NCBI RefSeq assembly: GCF_006345805.1
Contig: NC_043005.1
Span: 74,276,001 to 74,340,000, forward strand
DNA: 64,000 nt
Source: Octopus sinensis
Lineage: Eukaryota
Direction of reading: 5' to 3'
Shown here: piece by piece, positions 27,038 through 41,551 of the stretch
Position numbering within the stretch: the stretch's first letter is position 1
Layout: each line of letters starts with the position of its first letter
Made by a program: the position numbers and the translations under genes
Notes under the pieces: generated by a model
What the model saw: the letters and a program-made list of their open reading frames with translations, nothing else
Databases searched by the model: none
What the model was told of the DNA's origin: nothing

Positions 27038-27534
27038 GATATTAGCGTTGATGTCTTTATTTGCTGAACAATCTTCTCAGTGAATATTGTTATATTGTAC
27101 GTCCTTTATGCAGATACAGGCCCACTCTACCCTTCTTCAAACTTTTATGTGTCTGGTGCAACAAGCGCCAGAAGCTCAGCAGTAATTAAGATGCTGGATT
27201 CACACACAGCTACGTTCTCATAGATGAATAGCTAAAAAACGAAAAGGCTTAATCTGTCCTGCGTTCATTTGGGTATCTGTGAGTAACCTTCTTCCGGAGG
27301 CAATACCATGACAAGCTAATTAGCATTAAAGCGTCTGACAGTAATTGTTTAGAATATCTGTTGTGTGGATTGTGTTAACTCATGGCTAATAATGGTCTAG
27401 AATGCGAGTTGTTATGGTGTCATGAATTGGTTCTGTAAGAAAATATGTTGTGTAATTTTTATTGGGTGGTGATCGCAAAGAATATATCTTTAGTGGGTTG
27501 GGTGTTATTGTTTGTCGTTGATGTCATAAAATTA

Positions 27535-27698
27535 GGCGTAGGAGAGCTGTGTGATAAGTAGTTTGCTTACCAACCACATGGTTCCGGGTTCAGTCCCACT
27601 GCGTGGCACCTTGGGCAAGTGTCTTCTACTGTAGCCTCGGGCCGACCAAAGCCTTGTGAGTGGATTTGGTAGACGGAAACTAAAAGAAGCCCGTCGTA

Positions 27699-27762
<64 letters not shown>

Positions 27763-27985
27763 GTGTGTGTATATCTTTGTGTGTCTGTGTTTGTCCCCCA
27801 ACATAGCTTGACAACTGATGTTAGTGTGTTTACGTCCCTGTAACTTTGCGGTTCAGCAAAAGAGACCGCTAGAATAAGTACTAGGCTTACAAAAGAATAA
27901 GATCTGGGGTCGATTTGCTCGACTAAAGGTGGCGCTCCAGCATGGCCACAGTCAAATGACTGAAACAAGTAAAAGAGTAAAAGAG
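27535..27985 (+). mobile_element. SINE family A, full length
   Basis: Same two-arm structure; right arm duplicated at 28232-28458 and inverted at ~31180-31312. Confidence 0.85.
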
Positions 27986-28652
27986 ATCAGTGTTATTTTG
28001 TCGAGTGGGGGTTAAATAGTTTTAAGCGTTGCAAGGTGTGGGTGTGCAATTTTAACTAAATGTTTTTATTAAATAGAAGCCACTTTGCACATGAGGAGGA
28101 CATTTCTTTAAACTATGGGTAACGTTGTGAGCCCTGGTGTGTTTTTCTTTGTATTGTCGATGTGTATATTTTATTTTTTTATTTTATATATATATATATA
28201 TAATATATATATATATATATAATATATATATGTACGTGTGTGTATATCTTTGTGTGTCTGTGTTTGTCCCCCAACATCGCTTGACAACTGATGTTAGTGT
28301 GTTTACGTCCCTGTAACTTTGCGGTTCAGCAAAAGAGACCGCTAGAATAAGTACTAGGCTTACAAAAGAATAAGATCTGGGGTCGATTTGCTCGACTAAA
28401 GGTGGCGCTCCAGCATGGCCACAGTCAAATGACTGAAACAAGTAAAAGAGTAAAAGAGATCAGTGTTATTTTGTCGAGTGGGGGTTAAATAGTTTTAAGC
28501 GTTGCAAGGTGTGGGTGTGCAATTTTAACTAAATGTTTTTATTAAATAGAAGCCACTTTGCACATGAGGAGGACATTTCTTTAAACTATGGGTAACGTTG
28601 TGAGCCCTGGTGTGTTTTTCTTTGTATTGTCGATGTGTATATTTTATTTTTT

Positions 28653-28659
<7 letters not shown>
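27759..28659 (+). repeat. Direct tandem duplication, period 473 bp; inverted third copy ~30963-31312
   Basis: 27759-28186 and 28232-28659 appear identical; the units are separated by (TA)n. Confidence 0.9.
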
Positions 28660-28699
<40 letters not shown>

Positions 28700-29758
28700 A
28701 CAGACACCTATACATAAGCGTCTATGTGCTTGTGCCTGCGTGCAGACACAAAGAAGCAAATTTAACCATTAAAATGTTAAAAACGTCAGAGTCTTACGAA
28801 AAGTACCTTTACATCTTTGAATCAAATTGTAAAATAATAAACTAAAAATCTACAAATTCCTCCACTTACACAGCTGCGTATACTTCTATATCAAGTACTA
28901 ATAATATTTTCATTGCCAAAATTGCGACGATTGAGAGACATGGCATAAAAGTCTTGGTTTGCATTGAAAAAGGATGGAAAAAGTTATATATACTCATACA
29001 GACGAAATCATTTGTTTGTGTGTGAGTGTGTATTGCATGTATGTCTGTGTTTGTCACTTTGTGTCTCTTTCTGTGTCTGTTGCGGGGAGGTCTGTTAAAA
29101 GGATGTTAGTAGCTACATAGCGAAAATCAGGGCAACCACGTATCATTATTACCTTACAAAACCAAAGCAAATGCGTTGGTTGCTGCTACCAATAGACAAA
29201 AACTAATTTCTGGTCAGAGATTAGCATCAAATTTTGGATGGAGGCCAGCAATTTCGAGGGAGGGACTAAATCGACTACACCGACCCCAAAGCTCAACTGG
29301 TGCTTATTTTATCGAACCCGAAAGTATGAAGGGCAAAGAGGACCCTGACGGGTGGGATTGAACTCAGAATGTAGACAGACGAAATGACGTTAAACAGTTT
29401 TCCCGGCGTGCTAACGATCCTGCTACTTCACCGCCCTCGTGTAAAATTGTTTTGCTTTTCAAACGTTCGAGACACAGTACACATATTTTTGAGATGGATG
29501 AATACAATGAATTATATAGATCCATAATTGCAAGTCTTCTTTACTTCGACTCCGAAATAATGAGCCAACGAGGGAGATTCTTTGACGTTGCTTCACTAGC
29601 TGGTAATATTAATTAAACATCCCACTTTTGTGTAAAAAAAAAAGAGGAAGCACATCTTTGGTATGAATAAAAGATGGCATAGCGGCTACTGGAATGCATT
29701 TGGCCATATATCTTATTGTTAAAGTCTAGTATTCCGGGGAGTAATAGCAATAATAATG

Positions 29759-29798
<40 letters not shown>

Positions 29799-29800
29799 TA

Positions 29801-29845
<45 letters not shown>

Positions 29846-30790
29846 TAACAACAACAACAACAACAACAACAATAATAATAATAGTAATATCAATATCTAC
29901 AACAACAACAATAATACCAACCACAACAATAACAATAACAATAACTACAAAACAACAAAAGAAGAATATGATACTACTAACAGCGTTTGGGATCCATCGC
30001 CCCAAAGCTGATATTGTTACAATATACTTAATCTCAGATATATAAGTAAAGAAACAGTGATGTGGAAACTAGACACCAGTGCACAGTAGAAAATATTTAG
30101 ATGAGGATATAAGAAGAAAGGAAATATTAAGAATACAAATGAGTAAATTTCTGCCGAATTTATAAAAACCACTTCATAGCCGATATCCTGCACGATTTGG
30201 CAAAGGAGGAAGAAGCCTGAGTAAAAAGCAATAATAACCTTCAACTCCTTGCGTTAAAAACAGTAAAAGAGGTTTTCGGTTTTAGCTGTTGAGGACCAAT
30301 GCATAATACTAATAATTGCAAAAGAAATATAATGGAAAAAAAAGGATGACAGGATGAAGTTTGGCCAATGCAATAATTATTGTGAGACAATTGGTAACAT
30401 TAATTCCAATTGTGCATTTTGTGTATATTCACTGACCTCCACAGACTCAGAAAATATGTACACTTCTACATGAAAAGAGGAGGTGCACCAAGAACGGAAC
30501 ATGACAACGATAATGTTATAACTGTCTGAGACGTCCCTATGCGATTGTGCAAAGATATCAAGGACAACCGCTCGGATATAGTAATATAGAACTTAAACGA
30601 AAATACCTGTATCCTGATAGGTATCTCCAGTCGCGTAGCTGGGTGGAGCTGAAGTGAGCAGTCCGCCCCGGGCAACTTTTAAATGGGAGTTGCATGTTTG
30701 GGTCTGCTGTATAAGCCTGTATGGCTTGGTGTGGGGATAAGCGGCGAACTCAAGGGCCGCTCCGAATGATGCACGCTCTGACTACACCAC

Positions 30791-30830
<40 letters not shown>

Positions 30831-31309
30831 ATATATATATATATATCTATATATATATATATCGATCTTTCTTGATAAAGATTTGTGCTAAAGAAATCGA
30901 AATAATTAAGATGATAAAATATTAGTAAAAAATCAACACAAGAATATTTGAAATACAAGGTAAAATAAAATAAAAAAAATAAAATATACACATCGACAAT
31001 ACAAAAAAAAAACACACCAGGGCTCACAACGTTACCCATAGTTTAAAGAAATGTCCTCCTCATGTGCAAAGTGGTTTCTATTTAATAAAAACATTTAGTT
31101 AAAATTGCACACCCACACCTTGCAACGCTTAAAACTATTTAACCCCCACTCGGCAAAATAACACAGATCTCTTACTTTTTTACTTGTTTCAGTCATTTGA
31201 CTGTGGCCATGCTGGAGTTCCACCTTTAGTCGAGCAAATCGACCCCAGATCTTATTCTTTTGTAAGCCTAGTACTTATTCTTGCGGTCTCTTTTGCTGAA
31301 CCGCAAAGT

Positions 31310-31383
<74 letters not shown>

Positions 31384-32189
31384 TATATATATATAAACAG
31401 ATATGAAAAAGAGTAGATGTGAAAAGAAAAGGCGAAAAGGATAGACAGTTATTAAGTGACACTGTTGACAAAGGAGTTAATAGGTGATCAAGAAGAGCAA
31501 AAAGAGGAAAGTTCTATCTAGCAGATAAAGATATAGATGGAGAGAGAATGAGAGCTGGATAGAAATATATGTAATATAAAATGAAGAAGATAGAGAGATG
31601 GCTAAGGTAAAAGGGTAGACGGGAAAAAACAAAGAAGGGGTAAAGAAATGAGGGCAAAAGGTTAGGCAATGAGTTATCATACGAAACGGAATCCACTAGT
31701 TGTGTCTGTATGTATGTGTGTATGTTTGCATATTTGCATATGTACATATGTATTCGATTGGTGCAGTGTGTTTGTTACTAGGTGTTCCACTATTTCTCAA
31801 CCAGTGAAGCATACCACTACAATTAATTAACAGGGGGTGATCAGTACCACAACTTTATCAGGTAACAACTAATAAATTAAATTGTCTGCAGTCCGTCGTC
31901 CCATCGAGTTATCGACCGAGTTGAAAGAAATTATTAAAGATTCGAATTATGCCAGAAAAGTCTATAACTGTTGTTTTCTGTCTAGAAGCCTGTTTTTATA
32001 CTATGTTCAAACCATGATGCTCGCGACTGGGAAATACTGCTTTCAAATTTTGTAGGGATGTTTTGTTAAACGTCTACTAAGTTCAGTTCATGGTTCAACA
32101 CATTTTATTAACACTCCTTTCACATTTTTACTTGGAGACAGTTATTTGTTGCACGCTTAGCAGCTGAAATGGAAACGCATTGTCCTAAT

Positions 32190-32579
32190 GGATGGAAGCA
32201 CTCCGTCGGTTACGATGACGAGGGTTCCGGTTGATCCGAATCAACGGAACAGCCTGCTCGTGAAATTAACGTGTAAGTGGCTGAGCACTCCACAGACACG
32301 TGTACCCTTAACGTAGTTCTCGGGGATATTCAGCGTGACACAGAGAGTGATATGGCCGGCCCTTTGAAATACAGGTACAACAGAAACAGGAAGTAAGAGT
32401 GAGAGAAAGTTGTGGTGAAAGAGTACAGCAGGGATCACCACCATCCCCTGCCGGAGCCTCGTGGAGCTTTTAGGTGTTTTCGCTCAATAAACACTCACAA
32501 CGCCCGGTCTGGGAATCGAAACCGCGATCCTATGACCGCGAGTCCGCTGTCCTAATCACTGGGCCATTGCGCCTCCACA
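32190..32579 (-). mobile_element. SINE family C, full length, 13-bp TSD
   Basis: Head gaggcgcaatggcccagtg..ggtttcgattccc, tail cgtaaccgacggagtgcttccatcc. TSD gcattgtcctaat at 32177-32189 and 32580-32592. Confidence 0.9.
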
Positions 32580-33525
32580 GCATTGTCCTAATATTTTGTA
32601 TAACAATAACTCAATAATATATTGTCTGCTTCCGGTGTTGTACTACTTCTTTTCTGAATTCTGGCAGAAATTTTTTCTTTAAAGAGGAAAGGCAGACGAT
32701 GTCTCTTTGATCCCTCTGCATTTGTTGATTCAGCAAATCGACTGATTACAACAAAATGTTCACGATGCGTTAAATCAGGTGGAGAATAAAGCAGAGAACC
32801 ATAGTATTATTTTTTGCGAATTTCTGACTAACAATAATTTCTCGTAACCATGAGATTATTTAACTCAAATTTGGATTTTAGTGAAAAGATAACATCTTAA
32901 CGTTTGCTGTATTTTTTACTCTCTTCAAATGCCTTTTCATTACTTGATTCATCTTTACTAATAAGCGACAGGAAATTTCCAGCGTTTTCATTTAAACTTA
33001 TCTCCTCAATAGAATTGTGAACTAAAGATTCTGAATTGTTAAATACTGTGTTTCGCTTTTGGATTTGATTTACAAGATTCTTTATGTGAGTTCGTGTGTT
33101 GAAGCATATTCTGTTGAGTCTGGGGAGAGTTATTTTCTTTTCGTGCCTTATAATTTAACACACTCATCGGTAAAATTTTAGGAAAATAAAAATAAGAAAT
33201 AAGTGGAAATTTTACAGGCGAGTGTGTTAAATTACAAGGCATAAATAATGTGTACACTTCAGCAAATTTACGTAGTGTACCTCGGGTGGCCAGGTGTCAT
33301 AAAGGATACAATTACTTCGAGATTAAGCTAGGCGGAATGGGAAGTTAGAATTTCTAATGAATGAGCAAAGAAACAGAATATTCAATATTTATTTCTCTTA
33401 CGCATATAAATATATCATAATTTCTGTCGTTGGTAGCTATATATAGCGCTTATCCATTCATTATTATAATTTTTTTTTAATGAATTTACCATTGCAATTT
33501 CTTCCCAATAATAAATGACGCACTA

Positions 33526-33764
33526 TTCTTTTATTCTTTTATTTGTTTCAGTCATTTGACTTCGGCCATGCTGGAGCACCGTCTTTAGTCGAACAAATCG
33601 ACCTCAGTACTTATTTTTTGTAAGCCTAATACTTATTCTATCGGTCTCGTTTGCCGAACCGCTAAGTTACGGGGGCGTAAACACACCAGCATCGGTTCTC
33701 AAGCGATGGTAGGGGTTCAAACTCAGACACACAAACATACATACACACACACACACATACACAC

Positions 33765-33806
<42 letters not shown>

Positions 33807-34384
33807 GGCGCAGGAGTGGCTGTGTGGTAAGTAGCTTGCTAACCAACCACATGGTTCCGGGTTCAGTTCCACTGCGTGGCATCTTGGGCAAGTGTCTTCT
33901 GCTATAGCCCCGGGCCGACCAATGCCTTGTGAGTGGATTTGGTAGACGGAAACTGAAAGAAGCCTGTCGTATATATGTATAGATATATATATATCTATGT
34001 GTGTGTGTGTTTGTGTGTCTGTGTTTGCCCCCCTAGCATTGCTTGACAACCGATGCTGGTGTGTTTACGTCCCCGTCACTTAGCAGTTCGGCAAAAAGAG
34101 ACCGATAGAATAAGTACTGGGCTTACAAAGAATAAGTCCCGAGGTCGATTTGCTCGACTAAAGGCGGTTCTCCAGCATGGCTGCAGTCAAATGACTGAAA
34201 CAAGTAAAAGAATAAAAAGAGTAAAAGAATATATATATACGACAGGCTTCTTTCAGTTTCTGTCTACAAAATCCACTCACAAGGCTTTGGTCGGCCCGAG
34301 ACTATAGTAGAAGATACTTGCCCAAGGTGCCACGCAATGGAACTGAACCCAGAAGCTACTTACCGCACAGCCACTCCTGCGGCT
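33526..34384. mobile_element. Nested SINE A: + copy (33807-34229) inside the microsatellite of a minus copy
   Basis: Minus right arm ~33526-33760, full + copy, minus left arm ~34238-34384. Confidence 0.85.
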
Positions 34385-34540
34385 ATGACTGTTGTTATTT
34401 TATAAGCGCATAACTTTTCGACATTTATTTTTTATTCGCTGGGAGAATCCATCTTATATTTTGAAAGCAAACCGACTATCACATGTCAAACGTGTAGGTG
34501 AAAAAGAAAACAACTAAAGCAGTTGACTGATTTATATTAT

Positions 34541-34854
34541 AATAATAAATGACGCACTATTCTTTTATTCTTTTATTTGTTTCAGTCATTTGACTTCGGC
34601 CATGCTGGAGCACCGTCTTTAGTCGAACAAATCGACCTCAGTACTTATTTTTTGTAAGCCTAATACATATCAACGGGACTGAGATTCGAACCCGCGAGCC
34701 CTCGACCGCGAGCCCGCTGCTCTAAAACTAGTCCATGTGTTTTACCTCCATATATAATATATATAATATATTATATAATATATATAATATATAATATTAT
34801 ATATCTATATATATATATATATAAATATGTATGTATGTATATTATATGTATATG

Positions 34855-34911
<57 letters not shown>

Positions 34912-35459
34912 CATACATATATATGTATATATATATATTGCGCGTGTATGTATTATTTTATTTTTGTATGTTGTTTTCAGTTATTTGACTAGGGCCATGC
35001 ATCTAGTCGAACATCGACCCCAGGTGTTTTCTTCTTTAAGAGCTATATTATCCTAATCTGGGGCTCTCTTGCCGAACCGCTATATATATATATATATATA
35101 TAATATATATATGTGTGTGTGTGTGTGGTGTGTGTGTTTGTGTGTCTGTATTTGTCCACCACCATCGCTTCACAACCGATATTGGTGTGTTTACGTCCCC
35201 GTATCTTAGCGGTTCGGCAAGAGAGCCCGATAGGATAATACTAGCTTAAAAGAATAACACCTGGGGTCGATTTGTTCGACTAGATGCATGGCCCTAGTCA
35301 AATAACTGAAACAATACAAAAAAAATATACATACACGCGCATATATATATATATACATATATATTTATGTATGTATATATATATATATATAATATATATA
35401 TTATATATATAATATATATATACATATACATATATATATAATACATACATATATTTATA

Positions 35460-35507
<48 letters not shown>

Positions 35508-35615
35508 ATATTATATATATATTATATAGTGGAGGTAAACACATGGACTGTGTTTTAGAGCAGCGGGCTCGCGGTCGAGGGCTCGCGGGTTCGAATCTCA
35601 GTCCCGTTGATATGT
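34541..35615. repeat. Patchwork duplication: direct copy of 33507-33632 joined to an inverted copy of 35207-35615
   Basis: 34541-34666 equals 33507-33632 (offset 1034); 34665-35081 is the reverse complement of 35207-35615 with many 1-2 nt indels. Confidence 0.8.
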
Positions 35616-35766
35616 GTGTTTATGAGAGAAATACCTATGTTTCACGTGGCTCCGGTGGAAGGTAATGGTGAACTTCGGCTGACTCTTTCGCCACAACTTT
35701 CTTTTAATCTGCAATGAAACCGGGGAACCGGCTCTTATGAGCCAGGCATCGCTCGAGAAGGAACAG

Positions 35767-35807
<41 letters not shown>

Positions 35808-36269
35808 TTGTTTTTGTAAAATGATGTTACAAGCAAGTAAAAGATACGGAATTGTGTTTTGTCTTTTTTCGCATTGTGGCAAAACAATGTGTAGTTTTAC
35901 TGTTGCCAGTATATACCTTAGATAACCTACTTCTTTAAAATTTATAGACTTCTCATTTGTAGTGCAATCGAAAAATGAGTATCCATGCATTTCAAATATA
36001 CATAAAAGATAGGTTGAAGTTATTGACTAAACTTTCTGTATCTTAAAACTATATACGAAATCAAGAAGTTTCGCGTAACACATTAATAATTTACGATTGA
36101 CAATTAATGAAAATATTGGACGGACTCCTTCACTTTCAACCGCCCTGAAATATCTAGTTTAAAACGTCTCAATAAAAATCTAATAGCACCAACACGAATT
36201 CAATCCCAGTATGACCCAAATGTGTACCAATTGTATCTACAAACATTCTTTCAGGAACACTAAAGTAGA

Positions 36270-36670
36270 ACAAAAATAACCTTTTATACAAAGAATGTCA
36301 TAACCTAAATTTAAGACATGTGTTTCCATCTTTACTTCCATGATTGATTAAACCCTAACCGATAACAAATTCCTATATCAAGCCAAAATAAATCTCCCAA
36401 CCATAGCTTTCAATCAAGCCGCCCTCTACAAAACACTCTTACTTTCCTCCTATCTTACTCTATCCTACCGACAGAACACACTTCCCCGCTCTGCCAACGC
36501 CGAATCAGATTATGTTCACATTGCTCCAAGTACCCAAAGAAAAATCAAATTCCCCGAGACTATATAAGGCCTCCTTCCGAAAGGAAAGCATGTGAATCAG
36601 CCTGGTGAAGGCCAGCAAGTCAACTCGTCGAGGTTACTATCAAACCTTCCCTTGTAAACGTTAATACATG
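36270..36670 (+). pseudogene. Degenerate Penelope RT-endonuclease linker fragment
   Basis: One frame reads PFIQ..P.F....LTD..F......LPTIAFNQ..L.KTLL.S and ends in FPCKR, resembling the PLE linker and Cys motif before GIY-YIG. Several stops. Confidence 0.4.
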
Positions 36671-36672
36671 TA

Positions 36673-36721
<49 letters not shown>

Positions 36722-36848
36722 ATATATAGATGTGTTGTGTGTGTGTGTGTGTTTTGTGTAGACATACAAACACATTCAGATATATATTTATTTACATATG
36801 TGTATTACGCATATCTCTCTATATATATACACATATATACATATGTAT

Positions 36849-36893
<45 letters not shown>

Positions 36894-37049
36894 TTGTGTG
36901 TGTATGCATGTATGTATGTATATATGCATATAGATATACATATATATATAGTTTTATGCAAACATATTTACCTATATATAATATATATATATTTATGTAA
37001 ACATATATACATATAAATAAATATATGTATATATATACATGTATATATA

Positions 37050-37090
<41 letters not shown>

Positions 37091-37830
37091 TCGTATATAC
37101 TATATAAATCTGTTTGCACACATACACGCTCATGCATGCACGTACATAAGCACGTGCATGCATTCACATGTACAAACATACGCAAAAGCGATTTCATTTT
37201 CCGTAGTAAAGTACACAGGAAAATAACAGTAATTGCAAAAACACACATTTCACGTCAGTTCGTTGAAATAGTTTGAATATCTTGCCTGTGTTTTTATTGT
37301 TGTTATTTTCATTATTCAATGTCTACATCAGAGATTAACTCTTTGTGTGGCTCCTCGAGCCTCCTGAGGGATTTTATGTAACAGTCAAATGGTTTACCAT
37401 TTGTTGAAAACCTATATAATAGTGTTAGCAGTATAATGTAAAGAGCTTATGTGACCGAGCCAGTTGGATGCAGGGTAGCCAGCTGTGATCCTGACAATTT
37501 TGGTGCTTTTCACGTCTTCAACGTGTTTTCATCGCAGTCCTTGGACACTTAACTTTCAACGACCCGTGTTCACCTAGACTCTGTGCCATGCCTCATGCTG
37601 AATTATAGCAACAGCAGCATCAATGCAAAAGAGATGGCTCTATGGGTCACACTTAATAAAATATACGGCTGTTAGTTTGTTTTAAATTGTTGTGACAAGT
37701 CACTGAACATCCGAACCGGTCGACATTTTGATGTTGAACCTGCTTTTATAAATTTTCTCCTTGTTGATGTTCTTGTTGTTGTTGCTGTTATTGTTGTTGT
37801 TATCGTTGTTGTTTTTGTTGTTGTTGTTAA

Positions 37831-37906
<76 letters not shown>

Positions 37907-38564
37907 TAGTTTTATTTTAATAGCGTGCTTTCACTTCACTACCGAGCGCAGATCTGTGTGCCTTAGGTATGTGCTGTGGTTTGCTGCGATGTTCTTATAG
38001 TTACTGTATTGAGAGTGTTTTGCATAGGATGTGTGTAGTGCCCATTAGTGAAATTTTCTGTATGTTATATATATTTGTAAGTCCTAGCAGCGCATTCCGT
38101 CAAAGTGACACTGGGGTACAAACATACGAAGCCCAATATACCAATCATGACTACCCGTCTGATAAGAGTACATCAAGCACATGCATCACAACCATATGTG
38201 CATGAGATGGTGATTTCATATCAAGATAAACAGTGCATAGCAGGTGAGACCCAGTTAGAATTTTCTTCAGGTCGAGTAACCCATCCCGCTGGAAAGGTCC
38301 CTGAATAAGGGTTGTTTAAGGATGATGAATAAAACACCCATGTTTCCAAAGGTGCAGAGATGCACATATCGTCAGCCACCAATGAAAATGGTCAACTGGT
38401 TAAGGTGAAACAACTGACAGGCAAATATGTGGTATTGAACAGAATATTTGCTGTAGCCCATGTTTTATAGCAAGGCAAAACAATGTACATGATAACACTT
38501 CCAATCAGTTAAGATGAGAAGCCATGAGAGCCACTGTCTGGTACTGTACTATCATCATCACCAT

Positions 38565-38617
<53 letters not shown>

Positions 38618-38998
38618 ATCATCATCATCATCATCATCACTATAATCATCATCATAATTATTATTATTAATGTCTTCAAAATCTGACGAGGTCGACCATG
38701 TCTTTCTTTCTTTCGGGGTCGATAAAATAAGTACCAGTTGAGATTTGGGTTGGGTCGATGTAATTAACCTGTTCCCTTGCCCGAAACCGCTGGCCTTGAA
38801 CCAAAACTTGAAACCACCACCACCACCACCACCACCATGAGTTTTGTTAGATGACCATTCTAAAACTAGACGTTTTCATAGATGAAGCAATGGGAAACTA
38901 GGCGGTTATATTTTTTCGTGGATGGTTACAGTGGATACAGTGCAGTGTTGGGGAGGGGGCAAACACAGACACACACACACACACACACCCACACACAC

Positions 38999-39071
<73 letters not shown>

Positions 39072-39234
39072 GACGGGCTTCTTTCAGTTTCCGTCTACCA
39101 ATCTATTCACAAGGCTTTGGTCGGGCCGAGCTATAGTAGAAGACACTTTCCCAAGGTGCCACGCAGTGGGACTGAACCCGGAACTACGTTGTTCGTAAGC
39201 AAGCTATTTACGACATACCCACTCCTACGCCTAT

Positions 39235-39319
<85 letters not shown>

Positions 39320-41259
39320 AACCAGCTTAGAGAAGAAGAAACGAAACGAATCGAATCGAATCGACGCGAGGGCGCTCAGTCATACAATAGTGTAATAAAT
39401 AAAATATATGCATACATACAAACATATATGTACGTACCTACATCTACATGTATATATACATGCATATATAAATATATATACGTGTGTACAGGACACCACA
39501 AATAGACGTAGAACTCTCGCACATAAATATAGATAATCATATATAACAATATTTAGATATCTATACATATATATACATCACACATATATATCTTAGGCAA
39601 AACGATTGGAAAAATGTTAGAGATATGGAAACTATTAATAAAGATTCAAGTACAACATATTGAATAGCTTATTTAGATAAATATAAATCTCACAAAATGT
39701 TTACGTTCTACCATAGGTGTGTTAGTTATATCAGTTCATAAAATAACCTACCGTTCCGTTAAGACCACAATAAAATGGTGATATTAAACATAAGACAAAC
39801 AAATGGAAAATTTCTAAATGAAAATAAAAAAACTAACTGTAATAAAATATAAAAAAAAGTAACTTAAATGTTTACAGGTTAATCTACTGATGACTAATTA
39901 AAGAAATCTGTTAGATGTAAAAGAATCTAACGAATCACAAGAATTTTCTCTGCCGACAGAAATGATGCCAACATCGTTAAGTTGTCTAACTGGTTGTTAT
40001 AAAGACTTCCTTGTCAATGTGATATCAGATTGCGGTTTGTTATTTCAGAAAAGAAAAAAAAAAAAAAGAAAAAAAAGGAAGAAATCAAAACAAAACAAAA
40101 CAAAAAGACAAACAAAAAAAGATTACGGAAGCATTATTAGCACGTTTCTATATTTTTTTTTGTTTGATAGCATACATGAATAAGAAACAAATCATCTACA
40201 ATCAAAAATGGCAACGCTGTCGACAAAGGCTTCCCTCCTTCGCGTCGTCCTTTTTGTTGTCGTCGTCGTCGTCATCGTCGTCCTCCTCCTCCATCACTAC
40301 CACCAACCTCATCCCCATCACCAACATTTCTTCATCATCATCATCGTCATCATCATCGTCACCATCATCAACACTACCACGACAACCCTTATGATCACCA
40401 TCGCCATCACTACCACTACCATCACAAACACCAACACCAAAAACCGTCATCCTCCTCCTCATCATCATCACCATCATACATCATCAAATTCATTCATCAC
40501 CAACATCATCATCGCAATCAACATCATCGTCGCCGCCTTCATCATCATCATCATCATTCATCATTCATCATCGACTTCATCATCACCGACGTCATCATCA
40601 CAATCATCAACGTCATCGTCGCCGCCTTCATCATCATCATCATCATCATCAACATTCTATGTCATTCTCATTAATCTCGTCATCTTCTTAAAATTTCGTC
40701 GTCACCGTCATCAGCCTCAACAACACAACAACAACAACAACAACACCGACAGCAACAATAACACAAAGGTATCCGAATGGTAAACAAACAAAACAGTGAA
40801 AGGGAAGATTTATTAGCAAGTTATAAAAAAGAATGCCTTTAATCTGTTACTCAGGAATATAAGGTTGACGAATAGAGATTCCAAGAGGTGTAACATAAGC
40901 AACTCAAAAATGTCTTAACGAAACCTACAAGTTAATTCCTCGGCGTACAAGAGGCAGGAATTTTCCTCACGTTGATAAATGTTTCGAATATATGCCTGTC
41001 CAGTTTGGTAAGCATATATAAAACAGTGAACAAGAAACGAGCCTGACAATAGTATCAAATTAGATTATAGGTCCTAGACGTATAAAGAGAGGCTTTTCTA
41101 ATGAGACGAGACTTGTGAGTTTATAAAAGTAAACGAAACAAAAGATAGCGTTTCACACAACAGCTGTTTTTTAAAGATGTTTGCGCTAGGCATTTAAGTG
41201 TTCTGTTACCGTATGTATACGCATGCGTCCATTTGTATCTTTATATGTGTGTGTGTCAG

Positions 41260-41305
<46 letters not shown>

Positions 41306-41311
41306 TATATG

Positions 41312-41520
41312 CTCTTTACTCTTTCACTTGTTTCAGTCATTTGACTGCGGCCATGCTGGAGCACCGCCTTTCAGTCGAGCAAATCGAACCCAGGACATAT
41401 TCTTTGTAAGCCCAGTATTTATTCTATCGGTATCTTTTGCCGAACCGCTAAGTTACGGGGACGTAAACACACCAGCATCGATTGTCAAGTGATGTTGGGG
41501 GGACAAACACAGACACACAA

Positions 41521-41551
<31 letters not shown>

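Noticed and set aside
23483-33340. Scattered exon-like stretches (near 23483, 30450-30660, 31884, 32733, 33217)
   Set aside because: Good acceptors but weak donors or early stops, and no consistent phase chain or homology.
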